From Candidatus Fokinia solitaria (GTDB lineage: Bacteria > Pseudomonadota > Alphaproteobacteria > Rickettsiales > Midichloriaceae), in the NCBI RefSeq assembly GCF_003072485.1, contig NZ_CP025989.1, forward strand, positions 480,001 to 512,000: a stretch of 32,000 nt of DNA, read 5' to 3'. Below are positions 15,903-25,715 of the stretch, in pieces. A model generated the notes under the pieces. It did not search any database. It saw nothing but the letters and a program-made list of their open reading frames with translations, and was not told where the DNA came from. The number at the start of each line of letters is the position of its first letter. The first letter of the stretch is position 1. The translations under genes and the position numbers were made by a program.

Positions 15903-16478
15903 ATGTCAAAAGTAAAAGAACATGAAATTGAAAACTCAATCAGAAAGATATTAGAATATATAGGAGAAAACCCTGATAGAGAAGGACTATCAGAAACTCC
16001 GAAAAGAGTAGTTAAGGCATTTAAAGAGTACTTCAGCGGATATAATCAAAATCACCACGAAATACTTGGAAAAACTTTCACAGAAACTGCTGGATATAGC
16101 GATATGATAGCACTCACAAATCTCAGAGTGCAATCTCATTGCGAACATCATATTGCGCCAATAACAGGACAAGCAATTGTTGCATATATTCCAAAAAATG
16201 CAGTAGTAGGCATTAGTAAAATTTCTAGACTTGTATCAATGTATTCTCACAGACTTCAATTGCAAGAAAGACTTACAAAACAAATACTTGATGCAATAGA
16301 TGAAGTACTGACACCATATGGCACAGCGGTATATATATCAGCATCTCACTCATGTCTTTCCAAAAGAGGGATATGCGATGATGAAGCAATGGTTCAAACA
16401 TTTGCTTTTAGTGGAGATTTCCTAAATTCACAACTCGACTATAAACAAAGATTTATCGCACTAACTCAACGCGTTTAA
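15903..16478 (+). CDS. folE: GTP cyclohydrolase I
   Basis: REGLSETPKRVVKAF, the zinc/active-site block SHCEHHIAPITG, then VGISKISRLV and RLQLQERLTKQI. Confidence 0.93.
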   Translation: MSKVKEHEIENSIRKILEYIGENPDREGLSETPKRVVKAFKEYFSGYNQNHHEILGKTFTETAGYSDMIALTNLRVQSHCEHHIAPITGQAIVAYIPKNAVVGISKISRLVSMYSHRLQLQERLTKQILDAIDEVLTPYGTAVYISASHSCLSKRGICDDEAMVQTFAFSGDFLNSQLDYKQRFIALTQRV

Positions 16479-17075
16479 TCGGTATATCATACGTATTAAC
16501 GTAGTATCTCCATATTTTTTTTGTTTTACATCACGTATTTTTGCACGGCAGTTTGCTAACATCTCTATTATTGCTGATGTTGCGCTTGATGGTATTTCAT
16601 AAAATATCATCCCCTCTTCTCTCATAAAGCTGAAACTACGCAATAACATAAGCATGCATTCAATAGCATTTATTGAGTGCTCGTATGGAGGATCAAAGTA
16701 TAATACATCATATGTTTTTCGAAGATTTGGAATGATATTTTGAAAATCTCCTCTTATTACTTCGATAGAATTACCGAACTCTGCATATGCTTTTATGAAT
16801 CTCTCAACATTTTTCAGTATTTGAGAATAAACTCTTCCATCCATTTCTATCATAGTAACAGCATCAATGCCATTTGATAACGCTTCAAAAGAGCATGCGC
16901 CAGTACCTGCGCAAACATCAAGGAAATTGCTATCTTTGAGTACTATGCCACTGTTGTGTAAAATATTAAACACCGCTTCTTTTACAATACTTTTTGTAGG
17001 CTTATATCCTGAAATATTTTGAGTAACGGAGGTAGTAAAGGGAAAGTCTTTGCATTTACCGGATAGAATTTTCAT
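16461..17075 (-). CDS. rsmD: 16S rRNA (guanine966-N2)-methyltransferase
   Basis: RsmD layout: MKILSGKCK...KPTKSIVKEAVFNIL, SAM motif LDVCAGTGACSFEALSNG, and catalytic FDPPY. The 3' end overlaps folE by 18 bp (convergent). Confidence 0.8.
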   Translation of the reverse strand: MKILSGKCKDFPFTTSVTQNISGYKPTKSIVKEAVFNILHNSGIVLKDSNFLDVCAGTGACSFEALSNGIDAVTMIEMDGRVYSQILKNVERFIKAYAEFGNSIEVIRGDFQNIIPNLRKTYDVLYFDPPYEHSINAIECMLMLLRSFSFMREEGMIFYEIPSSATSAIIEMLANCRAKIRDVKQKKYGDTTLIRMIYRLNALS

Positions 17076-17157
17076 TTTTAATACATGAGTAAAAAAGTTG
17101 ACTATTATATAAATGGCATGTAGACAGTTATATTGTACATATGCTTGACAGCCTTAT

Positions 17158-17610
17158 ATGTTCATCACTACTAGAACGCAATACGCAGTAATAGCTTTAC
17201 TGGAATTACAAAATAATGAAGGAAGATACATCACGTTATCGAGTATTGCAAATAAGCATTCTATCGAGCTTTCGTATCTCGAGGTAATATGTGCAAAATT
17301 AAGAAGAAATGGTATTCTTAAAGCTGCTAAAGGGCCAGGTGGTGGATATTCTCTTGTAAAGCCTGCAAATCAAATTTCACTTTTATCAGTACTTACGGCT
17401 GCCGGAGAGAAAATAAAGCTTACAAGATGTAAAGGAAAACATGGATGTATGAAAAATAATCAAAAGTGCGAAACGCACGAGTTATGGACTAGTATGGAAA
17501 GGCACATCAAGGATTATCTTCATTCTATAAATCTACCTTCCCTTAAGAGTGGTTCAGGATGTAATTTTATGCGCAGAATTATTTCTCAATATAGCAATGA
17601 TATACCTTGA
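17158..17610 (+). CDS. iscR: Rrf2-family transcriptional regulator, IscR-like
   Basis: Rrf2 winged-helix N-terminus TRTQYAVIALLEL...GGGYSL. Three clustered Cys (CKGKHGCMKNNQKC) sit in the position of the IscR Fe-S ligands. It lies directly upstream of the cysteine desulfurases. Confidence 0.8.
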   Translation: MFITTRTQYAVIALLELQNNEGRYITLSSIANKHSIELSYLEVICAKLRRNGILKAAKGPGGGYSLVKPANQISLLSVLTAAGEKIKLTRCKGKHGCMKNNQKCETHELWTSMERHIKDYLHSINLPSLKSGSGCNFMRRIISQYSNDIP

Positions 17611-18742
17611 TCATAATGCCACTACACATCTTGACGAAGATGTATTAGCTTTCTTAAGAGAAATAGAAGGAGAACCGCAAAATGCATCCTCTATACACTC
17701 TTATGGTGAACGTGCAAAGCGAGCACTAGATTCTGCAAGAGTTAGCGTATTGGACACACTCGGATGTGATAAGAAATTATATAATGTAGCTTTCACTTCT
17801 TCCGGCACAGAGGCAAATAATATCGTAATTAATAGCTGGATAAGCAACGACTACAGCATACTTACACCTGCTACTGAACATAAATCCATTTTAGAATCGG
17901 TAAAACGTTCACAGAAATACGAAATAATAAATGTTCACTCTAATGGCACGTTGGATTTTTCAAATTTAGAAAAATCGATTATCGAACTGAAGCGGCGTAA
18001 TAATAAGGTCGCAATATCGGTGATGTACGCTAATAATGAAACGGGCGTTATTCATCCACTTAAGGAAATATATGCACTTAGCCAAAAGCACGAGTGCATA
18101 CTACATACCGATATATCGCAAGCATTAGGAAAGATGCATCTTTCCTTTCACGAGATAAAATCGGATTACATTACATTTAGCGGACATAAGATAGGCGCAA
18201 TGACAGGTACAGGATGTTTGCTATTCAAAAATCATGTGCCAATAGAAAAAATGATGTACGGTGGCGAACAAGAATATGGCATAAGGCCAAGTACTCAGAA
18301 TTCAGTTGGAATTGCCACCATCGAAATAGCACTACGAAACACGTCTCAAAAGATCCAACAAATGGACACTACTATCAGAATTCTAAGAGATAAAATTGAA
18401 AAAGAGTTGTTAGAATATAGTATTTCTTCTGACACTAATAAGCTCTTCTTTATAGGAAATGAAGTAGAGAGAATACCAAATACGTCATGTATAGGTATAA
18501 AAGGAGTAGATGCAAACACTCAAGCTATAATACTTGATATGATGAAATGTGCAGTAGGAATAGGTGCGGCCTGTTCTTCTGGAATAACTGAAGCTTCTCA
18601 CGTTTTACTTGCGATGGGGTATTCATCAGAAGAAGCAAGTAACGCTATCAGAATTAGTCTCGGCAGAAAAAATACCGATGACGAAATAGAGGCATTTCTC
18701 AATGCATGGAAAAACATGTATTCAAAAGTCACTAAAAAATGA
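17597..18742 (+). CDS. cysteine desulfurase, NifS-like paralogue (class V aminotransferase)
   Basis: [12 protein letters not shown]-lysine motif FSGHKIG, and catalytic Cys loop [19 protein letters not shown]. It lacks the IscS C-terminal extension. ATG 17597 is chosen and overlaps the iscR stop by 14 bp. The longer ORF from 17549 would run through the iscR 3' end. Confidence 0.88.
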   Translation: MIYLDHNATTHLDEDVLAFLREIEGEPQNASSIHSYGERAKRALDSARVSVLDTLGCDKKLYNVAFTSSGTEANNIVINSWISNDYSILTPATEHKSILESVKRSQKYEIINVHSNGTLDFSNLEKSIIELKRRNNKVAISVMYANNETGVIHPLKEIYALSQKHECILHTDISQALGKMHLSFHEIKSDYITFSGHKIGAMTGTGCLLFKNHVPIEKMMYGGEQEYGIRPSTQNSVGIATIEIALRNTSQKIQQMDTTIRILRDKIEKELLEYSISSDTNKLFFIGNEVERIPNTSCIGIKGVDANTQAIILDMMKCAVGIGAACSSGITEASHVLLAMGYSSEEASNAIRISLGRKNTDDEIEAFLNAWKNMYSKVTKK

Positions 18743-18758
18743 ATTTACGATCACTACA

Positions 18759-19982
18759 ATGACAGCAAAAAAAATATATATGGATTATCAAGCAACTACA
18801 CCTACAGATCCTAGAGTATTGCAAGCGATGCTTCCGTTCTTCTCAGAGAAATTCGGCAATCCTCATTCTCGCAGTCACGCATTTGGCTGGGAATCTGAAA
18901 GTGCTGTAGAAGATGCACGCTCAATAATAGCAAACGCTATTAATGCATCTCACGACGAGATTATCTTTACTTCTGGTGCTACTGAATCCAATAACATCGC
19001 ATTAAAGGGAGTAGCACGATTTTATAGTAAAAACTTCAATAAGAATCACATTATTACACCAGTTACCGAACATAAATGCATTCTGGACTCTTGTAGAACT
19101 CTGGAAGATGAAGGCATTGAAGTCACTTACTTACCAGTAGAAAACGATGGAATGCTAAATCTTGATACCTTGAAAAAAGCTATTAAAGCTAACACTGCAT
19201 TAGTATCGGTGATGATGGTAAATAATGAAATAGGAGTAATACAGCAAATAAAGTCAATAGGTGAGATTTGCAGAGAAAGAGGCGTAATATTTCACACTGA
19301 TGCGGCACAAGCATTTTGTAAAATACCAATAGACGTGAGAGACATGTGTATCGATATGCTAAGCATCTCTGGGCATAAAATATACGGCCCTAAAGGAGTA
19401 GGTGCTCTTTTCGTAGGTAAGCATCCAACACGAGTAAGATTACAGCCTATGATGAGTGGAGGTGGACAAGAAAGAGGAATGCGCTCAGGAACGTTACCTA
19501 CCCCTCTTATAGTAGGCTTAGGAGAAGCTACTAAATGCAGCATACAAGATATGCAAAAAGACTATGCGCATGTTTCCCTTCTTGGAAAGCAATTTATACA
19601 AGAAATGCTAAAAATACCACATGTGATATTAAATGGCAGCCTTGATGCGCGTTACCCTGGCTGCATCAATCTCAGCTTTGCATATGTAGAAGGTGAATCT
19701 TTAATACTCGCACTAAAAGACATTGCAGTTTCTTCAGGGTCTGCATGTACATCAAATTCTCTTGAGCCATCTTATGTTGTGCAAGCTTTAGGAGGAGATA
19801 AGGATTTAGCACATTCTTCAATAAGATTCGGATTCGGTAGATTTACTACACAAGAAGAAGTTGATATCACAATACGATCCGTGAAAAATGCCGTCTCTAA
19901 ACTAAGAGAAATGAGTCCATTATGGGATATGGTACAAGACGGTGTAGATCTTTCTTCGATAAATTGGAAGAGTGATCATTGA
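18759..19982 (+). CDS. iscS: cysteine desulfurase IscS
   Basis: [38 protein letters not shown], catalytic loop [16 protein letters not shown], and the IscS-type C-terminal tail. ATG 18759 is chosen because the upstream extension from 18702 overlaps the preceding gene. Confidence 0.93.
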   Translation: MTAKKIYMDYQATTPTDPRVLQAMLPFFSEKFGNPHSRSHAFGWESESAVEDARSIIANAINASHDEIIFTSGATESNNIALKGVARFYSKNFNKNHIITPVTEHKCILDSCRTLEDEGIEVTYLPVENDGMLNLDTLKKAIKANTALVSVMMVNNEIGVIQQIKSIGEICRERGVIFHTDAAQAFCKIPIDVRDMCIDMLSISGHKIYGPKGVGALFVGKHPTRVRLQPMMSGGGQERGMRSGTLPTPLIVGLGEATKCSIQDMQKDYAHVSLLGKQFIQEMLKIPHVILNGSLDARYPGCINLSFAYVEGESLILALKDIAVSSGSACTSNSLEPSYVVQALGGDKDLAHSSIRFGFGRFTTQEEVDITIRSVKNAVSKLREMSPLWDMVQDGVDLSSINWKSDH

Positions 19983-20028
19983 AAAATACGTACACCTTCA
20001 TCATTTTATAACAAATATTCTTTAAACA

Positions 20029-20418
20029 ATGGCATATAATAGCAAAATCATCGATCATTACGATAATCCACGTAATGTAGGCTCATTTTCAAAAGACGAA
20101 AAGAACGTTGGTACTGGATTAGTAGGTGCACCATCTTGCGGAGATGTAATGAAATTACAGATTAAAGTTGATCCGCAAAGTAATACAATACAAGAAGCAA
20201 AATTTAAGACATTTGGCTGTGGTTCTGCAATTGCCGCAAGTTCATATGCTACGGAATTATTGAAAGGTAAGACAATAGATGAAGCTTTAAATATTAAAAA
20301 CGAAGATATATTAGAAGAACTATCTTTACCACCTGTCAAAATTCATTGTTCCGTACTTGCAGAAGAAGCAATTAAAAGTGCAATCCAAGACTGGAAAGAA
20401 AAGCATTCCACTGAATAA
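20029..20418 (+). CDS. iscU: Fe-S cluster assembly scaffold IscU
   Basis: YDNPRNVGSF, plus the three ligand Cys in GAPSCGDVMKLQIKV, FKTFGCGSAIA and KIHCSVLAEEAIK. Confidence 0.95.
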   Translation: MAYNSKIIDHYDNPRNVGSFSKDEKNVGTGLVGAPSCGDVMKLQIKVDPQSNTIQEAKFKTFGCGSAIAASSYATELLKGKTIDEALNIKNEDILEELSLPPVKIHCSVLAEEAIKSAIQDWKEKHSTE

Positions 20419-20476
20419 TTGTATCTTTCATAAAGATGATTAATATCGCATCATAATATGTATTAATTCAAATATT

Positions 20477-21172
20477 ATGTTTGGTAATAACGAGAAGTTA
20501 AATATAGAAAATAGAGACGGAAAGCATTTAAAGGTAACGGAAATATTTCATACTATTCAAGGAGAAGGACCTAACGCGGGGAGAGTGGCGATATTTATCA
20601 GATTAAGCGGATGTAATTTAGCATGCTCTTTCTGCGATACGCAATTTGATAAATATGTACAACTCGCAATTCAGGATATCTTAGAGAAAGTCCTAGAAGA
20701 GAAGACAAAAATGTACTCTGATACAGAGATACAACTCAATACACACAGGATTCTTGCAGTAATTACAGGAGGAGAACCATTTAGGCAGAATATCGGCATT
20801 TTATGCCAACTTTTAGAAGAGAATGGTTTTGAAGTTCAAATCGAAACAAATGGTACGTTATACTTTGAAGTGCCGCATAATACCACAATAGTATGCTCTC
20901 CAAAAATAGTAAATAACACGTATTTCCCTATAAGACATGATGTACTGCAGAAAACAATTGCCTTAAAGTTTATCATTTCTTCTCATTTAGAAGGATATGG
21001 TGATATTCAAGAAGTGGGACAACAAACATTCAACATTCCTGTATATGTGCAGCCAATGGATGAATATGATCAAGAAAAAAACAGTAAAAATATTGATCAA
21101 GCTATCAAAGTTGCAATAAAGCATAATGCAATTATTTCGATGCAATTGCATAAGATAATGAATATTCGGTAA
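20477..21172 (+). CDS. queE: 7-carboxy-7-deazaguanine synthase (radical SAM, queuosine pathway)
   Basis: EIFHTIQGEGPNAGRVAIFIRLSGCNLACSFCDT contains the QueE IQGEG lead-in and a CxxxCxxC radical-SAM cluster motif. ITGGEP follows. Confidence 0.8.
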   Translation: MFGNNEKLNIENRDGKHLKVTEIFHTIQGEGPNAGRVAIFIRLSGCNLACSFCDTQFDKYVQLAIQDILEKVLEEKTKMYSDTEIQLNTHRILAVITGGEPFRQNIGILCQLLEENGFEVQIETNGTLYFEVPHNTTIVCSPKIVNNTYFPIRHDVLQKTIALKFIISSHLEGYGDIQEVGQQTFNIPVYVQPMDEYDQEKNSKNIDQAIKVAIKHNAIISMQLHKIMNIR

Positions 21173-21183
21173 TCAATTATTTT

Positions 21184-21212
21184 CTTGAAAATACCCTTTC
21201 ATAGCATAGATA
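21184..21212 (+). promoter_or_regulatory. possible RpoH (sigma-32)-type heat-shock promoter for clpB (weak call)
   Basis: CTTGAAA at 21184-21190 matches the sigma-32 -35 core exactly. About 14 nt downstream, GCATAGAT retains only the CAT core of the CCCCATNT -10 element. The site is about 30-50 bp upstream of the clpB ATG. In an AT-rich spacer this could be chance. Confidence 0.25.
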
Positions 21213-21241
21213 TATTCATAATTAATATATGTACCTAAGCA

Positions 21242-23794
21242 ATGAAACAGGAAAAGTTCACAAATAAAGCTTTAGAGGCATTCAGAGAGGCACAATCTAA
21301 AGCTTTAAATTCCAATCATCAAACTCTTACTCCGGAGCACATAACATATGGACTATTACAGCATGATAATAATGTAATATCCGCAATACTTGCTTCATCA
21401 AATATCACAAAGGAAGAATTACTTCAAAAAACAGAGGAAAATTTGCACAAATTACCAGTTGTGATAGATACAAATCACAGTCTTAATATGTCAAATGCAC
21501 TAGCAAAGGTAGTAGCAAAAGCAGAAGGGATTGCGAAAGAACATAATGATGCTTTTATTACAAGTGAGGTATTATTCATAGCACTTGCATGTACTCATGG
21601 TACCGTCGTTTCCGATACTCAAATAAATGAAAATAATGCAATCGCAATTCTCAAATCTTATCGAACCTCGAGAAAAGTTACTTCTCAAAATGCAGAAGAT
21701 ATAATGGATGCAATTAAAAAATATACCGTAGATCTTACAGATAAAGCACGTGAAGGTAAATTAGATCCTGTAATAGGTCGAGATGAAGAAATAAGACGTA
21801 CAATCCAAATCCTTGCACGTAAAAGCAAAAACAACCCTGTCCTTATAGGAGAACCTGGAGTTGGAAAAACAGCTATCGTAGATGGATTAGCGCAGAGAAT
21901 CATCGCAAAAGACGTGCCAGAAAGTCTACATCACGTTTCAGTAAAAGTACTAGACTTAGGCGCTTTAATAGCAGGCGCAAAATTTAGAGGAGAGTTTGAA
22001 GAGAGATTAAAAACCGTACTTACAGAAGTATCAGAAATAGGCAATATCATACTATTCATAGATGAAATGCATACGCTGGTCGGCGCAGGGGCAGCTGAAG
22101 GCGCTATGGACGCTTCAAATCTGTTAAAACCAGCACTTGCAAGAGGAGAACTACACTGCATCGGCGCAACAACTCTTGTAGAGTATAGAAAGTATATAGA
22201 AAAAGACGCAGCACTTGCTAGAAGATTTCAGCCAATACATTTATCTCCATGCACGGTAGAAGAAACCATATCAATTCTCAGAGGAATAAAGGAAAAATAT
22301 GAAGCACATCACGGTATTCATATATCTGATAATGCTATAATTAGTGCTGCAAAATTATCCGATAGATACATAAATTCACGCTTCCTTCCAGATAAAGCGA
22401 TAGATCTTATAGATGAGGCGGCAAGTCATATTAGAATGCAAGTTGAAAGCAAACCAACAGCATTGGAAGACGTCGAAAGAAAAGTAATGCAAATGCAAAT
22501 TGAAAAAGCAGCTCTGATGAAGGAACAGAACGAACAGGTAGCAGAACGTCTTGAAAAAATAGATAAAACTCTCGAAGAATTGCAACAGCAATGCGCTGCT
22601 ATCTCATCTACTTGGAATAACGAAAAGAAATATCTAGAAGAAAGAAAATTACTTAAAGAACAGTTAGAAAAAGCAAAAATCTCCATGGAAAAAGCAGAAA
22701 GAGATGGAGATTTTACAAAAGCAGGAGAACTTAAATACGATACTATACCATCCATAGAAGCAAAAATAACAGAATTCTCAAATAAGAAAAGTACGATCTT
22801 AAAAGAAGCAGTAGATGAATTCGAGATAGCTTCTATTATCTCAAAATGGACCGGTATACCTGTGAATTCTTTAATTGAAACGGAAAAACAAAAACTTTTA
22901 GGAATGAAAGAACATATATCAGAATTCGTAATAGGACAAGAAAAAGCAGTAGAAGCGATCAGTAATGCTGTAATACTCTCAAGAACTGGATTATCTGAAT
23001 CAAATAAGCCTATTGGCGTATTTCTATTTCTAGGTCCTACAGGAGTAGGAAAAACAGAATTAGCAAAAGCTTTAGCTTTATTTTTATTCGATGACGAAAG
23101 AGCATTACTACGCATAGACATGTCCGAATATATGGAAAAACATTCTATTTCGAGATTAATAGGAGCGCCTCCAGGGTATGTAGGATATGATGAAGGTGGC
23201 CTTTTAACTGAATCAATACGTCGAAGACCGTATCAAGTTATATTATTTGATGAGATCGAAAAAGCGCATCATGATATCTTTAACATATTTCTACAAATCA
23301 CCGATGATGGAAGAATAACTGATTCACAAGGTAGAACTATTGATTGCAGAAATACTATAATCATCATGACATCGAATATTGGTTCAGAATTTATACTATC
23401 TGAATCAATGAACAGTACGGAAATAGAAAATGCCGTATATGAAAACATGAAAAACTTCTTCAAGCCGGAATTCATTAATAGAATAGATAAAACAATAATG
23501 TTTCACAGATTAACATTAGATGACGTCGTGAAGATTGCTAAATTACAACTGAAAAATTTCTCTAAAGTACTACATGATAAAGCACTCGGTTTTGAAGTAA
23601 GTGAAGAAGCTATCTCGTGGATTGCACACAATGGATACGATAACGTATATGGCGCTCGTCCTTTAAAAAGGCTAATACAAACAGAGATCAAACAAAAAGT
23701 AGCAAATTTGATGCTAAACGAAAGCATTTCTGAAGGTAATACAATTTTCGTAGATTGCGTTAACAACTGCATCACAGTAACAGTAAAGGCATGA
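21242..23794 (+). CDS. clpB: ATP-dependent chaperone/disaggregase ClpB
   Basis: Two AAA+ modules with Walker A motifs GEPGVGKT and GPTGVGKT. A long middle coiled-coil domain separates them, which is the ClpB rather than the ClpA arrangement. Also has a Clp N-domain, [19 protein letters not shown] and [10 protein letters not shown]. Confidence 0.96.
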   Translation: MKQEKFTNKALEAFREAQSKALNSNHQTLTPEHITYGLLQHDNNVISAILASSNITKEELLQKTEENLHKLPVVIDTNHSLNMSNALAKVVAKAEGIAKEHNDAFITSEVLFIALACTHGTVVSDTQINENNAIAILKSYRTSRKVTSQNAEDIMDAIKKYTVDLTDKAREGKLDPVIGRDEEIRRTIQILARKSKNNPVLIGEPGVGKTAIVDGLAQRIIAKDVPESLHHVSVKVLDLGALIAGAKFRGEFEERLKTVLTEVSEIGNIILFIDEMHTLVGAGAAEGAMDASNLLKPALARGELHCIGATTLVEYRKYIEKDAALARRFQPIHLSPCTVEETISILRGIKEKYEAHHGIHISDNAIISAAKLSDRYINSRFLPDKAIDLIDEAASHIRMQVESKPTALEDVERKVMQMQIEKAALMKEQNEQVAERLEKIDKTLEELQQQCAAISSTWNNEKKYLEERKLLKEQLEKAKISMEKAERDGDFTKAGELKYDTIPSIEAKITEFSNKKSTILKEAVDEFEIASIISKWTGIPVNSLIETEKQKLLGMKEHISEFVIGQEKAVEAISNAVILSRTGLSESNKPIGVFLFLGPTGVGKTELAKALALFLFDDERALLRIDMSEYMEKHSISRLIGAPPGYVGYDEGGLLTESIRRRPYQVILFDEIEKAHHDIFNIFLQITDDGRITDSQGRTIDCRNTIIIMTSNIGSEFILSESMNSTEIENAVYENMKNFFKPEFINRIDKTIMFHRLTLDDVVKIAKLQLKNFSKVLHDKALGFEVSEEAISWIAHNGYDNVYGARPLKRLIQTEIKQKVANLMLNESISEGNTIFVDCVNNCITVTVKA

Positions 23795-23803
23795 AGTACG
23801 CTT

Positions 23804-25615
23804 TTACCGCATAATAGACAATTCTTTAAGCATACTCTTCATCTCACGCAACTGCTGTTGTGTGAGAGTTGTAGGTGCACCCATTAACGTATCTTCTCCA
23901 TTTTGGTTCAGCGGAAACAGTATTATATCTCTCAAATGCTTTTCTCCTGCTAGTAACATAATCATTCTATCAATACCTGGCGCAATACCACCATGTGGAG
24001 GCACTCCGTACTTGAGCGCTGTCACAATTGGCTTAAAATTACTACTTACAGTCTCTCTACTATACCCTGCTTTTGCAAAGCATTTATATAACAACTCCAA
24101 ATCATTATTTCTGATAGCGCCACTCGACAACTCAACACCATTACAAACAATATCATACTGGTACCCCTTGATATTGAGTATATCCTCTACAGACTTCGCA
24201 TTATCAATTACTTCATGCCCTCCTATAGGCATCGAAAAAGGGTTGTGAGAAAAAACTATCTCATCCGATAATTCATACATCGGAAAATCTACTATCCAGC
24301 AAAAGGCAAATTTACTCTCGTCGATCATATTAAGCATTTCAGCAATCTTTACTCTCAATTTTCCTGACAATTTCTCTGCATTCGACTTCACATCGCATAC
24401 AAAAAAGCATGCATCAAATTTCTCATAAATACCCTCAGAATGGATTTTATTTAACACATCTCCATTAATAAATTTCGCTATAGGTCCTTTAAACGTTCCA
24501 TCATTATCCCATGTCACGTAAGCTAATCCCTTTGCACCAAGCTCCTTCTCTGCAAATTGAGAAAGAGTATCATAGAATGAGCGTGGCTGCGCTTTACATT
24601 TTACAGGAATCACACGTACAACATTTCCACTTTGAATCGCATTTTTGAATATGGAAAAATCAGAATTTTTAAATTCTTTCGTAAAATCGCATATCTTTAT
24701 ATCTATTCTTAAATCAGGTTTATCGGTACCATACATAAGCATTGCATCATTGTACGCAATTCTTGGAAATAAACCTTTTGCTACTTTTTCCTCTCCGCCA
24801 AACTTTGCAAAAATATCTCTTATTATAGGTTCTATAGTATTTAATACATCATCTTGCTCTACAAATGCCAATTCTATATCTAGTTGATAAAATTCACCAG
24901 GCGCTCTATCAGCTCTACTATCTTCATCCCTAAAGCAAGGTGCTATTTGAAAGTAGCGATCAAAACCTGAATACATTACAAGCTGTTTAAACATTTGCGG
25001 CGCTTGAGGAAGAGCATAGAATTTACCAGGATGCAATCTGCTAGGTACTAGAAAATCCCTCGCTCCTTCCGGAGAACTTGCTGTTAAAATTGGCGTTTGA
25101 AATTCAATAAAATTATTCTCAAACATTTTATCTCTGATGTAGCGTATAACATTGCTTCTGAGTAGCATTCTTTCTCTCATCCACTCCCTTCTAAGATCTA
25201 AGAATCGATATTTAAGACGCAACTGCTCAGATACATCTGATGCGCCTAAATCAAAAGGAAGGACAGCAGCGCGCGATAATACTTCGCAATGCTTTATCAG
25301 CACTTCGATCTCGCCTGACTTCAGAGTGTTATTTACGTTATTTTCCTCTCTCTTCACAATAACACCTTTTACCATAATCACACTTTCGCATGAGATTCCT
25401 TTTATCAAATCCACTAAGCTACTATTTTCATGCTCATCTGAAATTACGCATTGAACAATACCGTGCGCATCGTGTAAATCGATAAAACATAGCCTACCAT
25501 GATCACGTTTCGTTCGGATCCAGCCTGATATAGTAATTTCTTGACCGATATTACTAGATGATAATTCAGTAGATATATGAGTTCTATATTTTGATAGCAA
25601 TTTTTTCATCATCAT
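23804..25615 (-). CDS. aspS: aspartate--tRNA ligase (probably non-discriminating)
   Basis: OB-fold N-terminus ISGWIRTKRDHGRLCFIDL. Class II motif 2 CFRDEDSRADRAPEFYQLD-like (CFRDEDSRADRAPGEFYQLD). Bacterial insertion domain. Motif 3 GGIAPGIDRMIMLL. The non-discriminating function is inferred from the presence of gatB. Confidence 0.95.
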   Translation of the reverse strand: MMMKKLLSKYRTHISTELSSSNIGQEITISGWIRTKRDHGRLCFIDLHDAHGIVQCVISDEHENSSLVDLIKGISCESVIMVKGVIVKREENNVNNTLKSGEIEVLIKHCEVLSRAAVLPFDLGASDVSEQLRLKYRFLDLRREWMRERMLLRSNVIRYIRDKMFENNFIEFQTPILTASSPEGARDFLVPSRLHPGKFYALPQAPQMFKQLVMYSGFDRYFQIAPCFRDEDSRADRAPGEFYQLDIELAFVEQDDVLNTIEPIIRDIFAKFGGEEKVAKGLFPRIAYNDAMLMYGTDKPDLRIDIKICDFTKEFKNSDFSIFKNAIQSGNVVRVIPVKCKAQPRSFYDTLSQFAEKELGAKGLAYVTWDNDGTFKGPIAKFINGDVLNKIHSEGIYEKFDACFFVCDVKSNAEKLSGKLRVKIAEMLNMIDESKFAFCWIVDFPMYELSDEIVFSHNPFSMPIGGHEVIDNAKSVEDILNIKGYQYDIVCNGVELSSGAIRNNDLELLYKCFAKAGYSRETVSSNFKPIVTALKYGVPPHGGIAPGIDRMIMLLAGEKHLRDIILFPLNQNGEDTLMGAPTTLTQQQLREMKSMLKELSIMR

Positions 25616-25715
25616 GACTTATAAACAACATTACCGATAGAAGGCTAGTATACCATATCGGTAAGTGTCAACATCAACGCAACTTATAAACGATCGAATG
25701 ATTCTTATTGTTAAT

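Noticed and set aside
17076-17157. IscR operator or sigma-70 promoter upstream of iscR (TTGACT at 17098, TTGACA at 17145)
   Set aside because: Neither hexamer has a credible -10 element at 16-18 bp spacing. I could not find the GACT...AGTC-type dyad of type-1 IscR sites by eye. A position-weight-matrix search is needed before any call.
17549-17596. Longer start for the NifS-like gene (17549), and likewise 18702 for iscS
   Set aside because: The extensions overlap the 3' ends of the preceding genes and add non-homologous residues ahead of the conserved (I)Y(L/M)D(H/Y)xATT N-terminus. The internal ATGs at 17597 and 18759 fit homologues.
22426-23121. 231-aa minus-strand ORF, plus several of 68-90 aa, antisense to clpB
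   Set aside because: clpB on the plus strand has unambiguous AAA+ motifs across this region. The antisense translations are low-complexity, Ser/Phe/Ile-rich and without motifs.
25631-25664. Inverted repeat ttaccgat/atcggtaa (8-bp arms, 18-nt loop) between the thiolase gene and aspS, flanked by the 10-bp direct repeat acttataaac (25617-25626 and 25682-25691)
   Set aside because: The stem is short and AT-rich and the loop is large, so it is not a convincing intrinsic terminator or attenuator. In AT-rich DNA such matches occur readily. It is recorded only as a weak candidate for a regulatory site.
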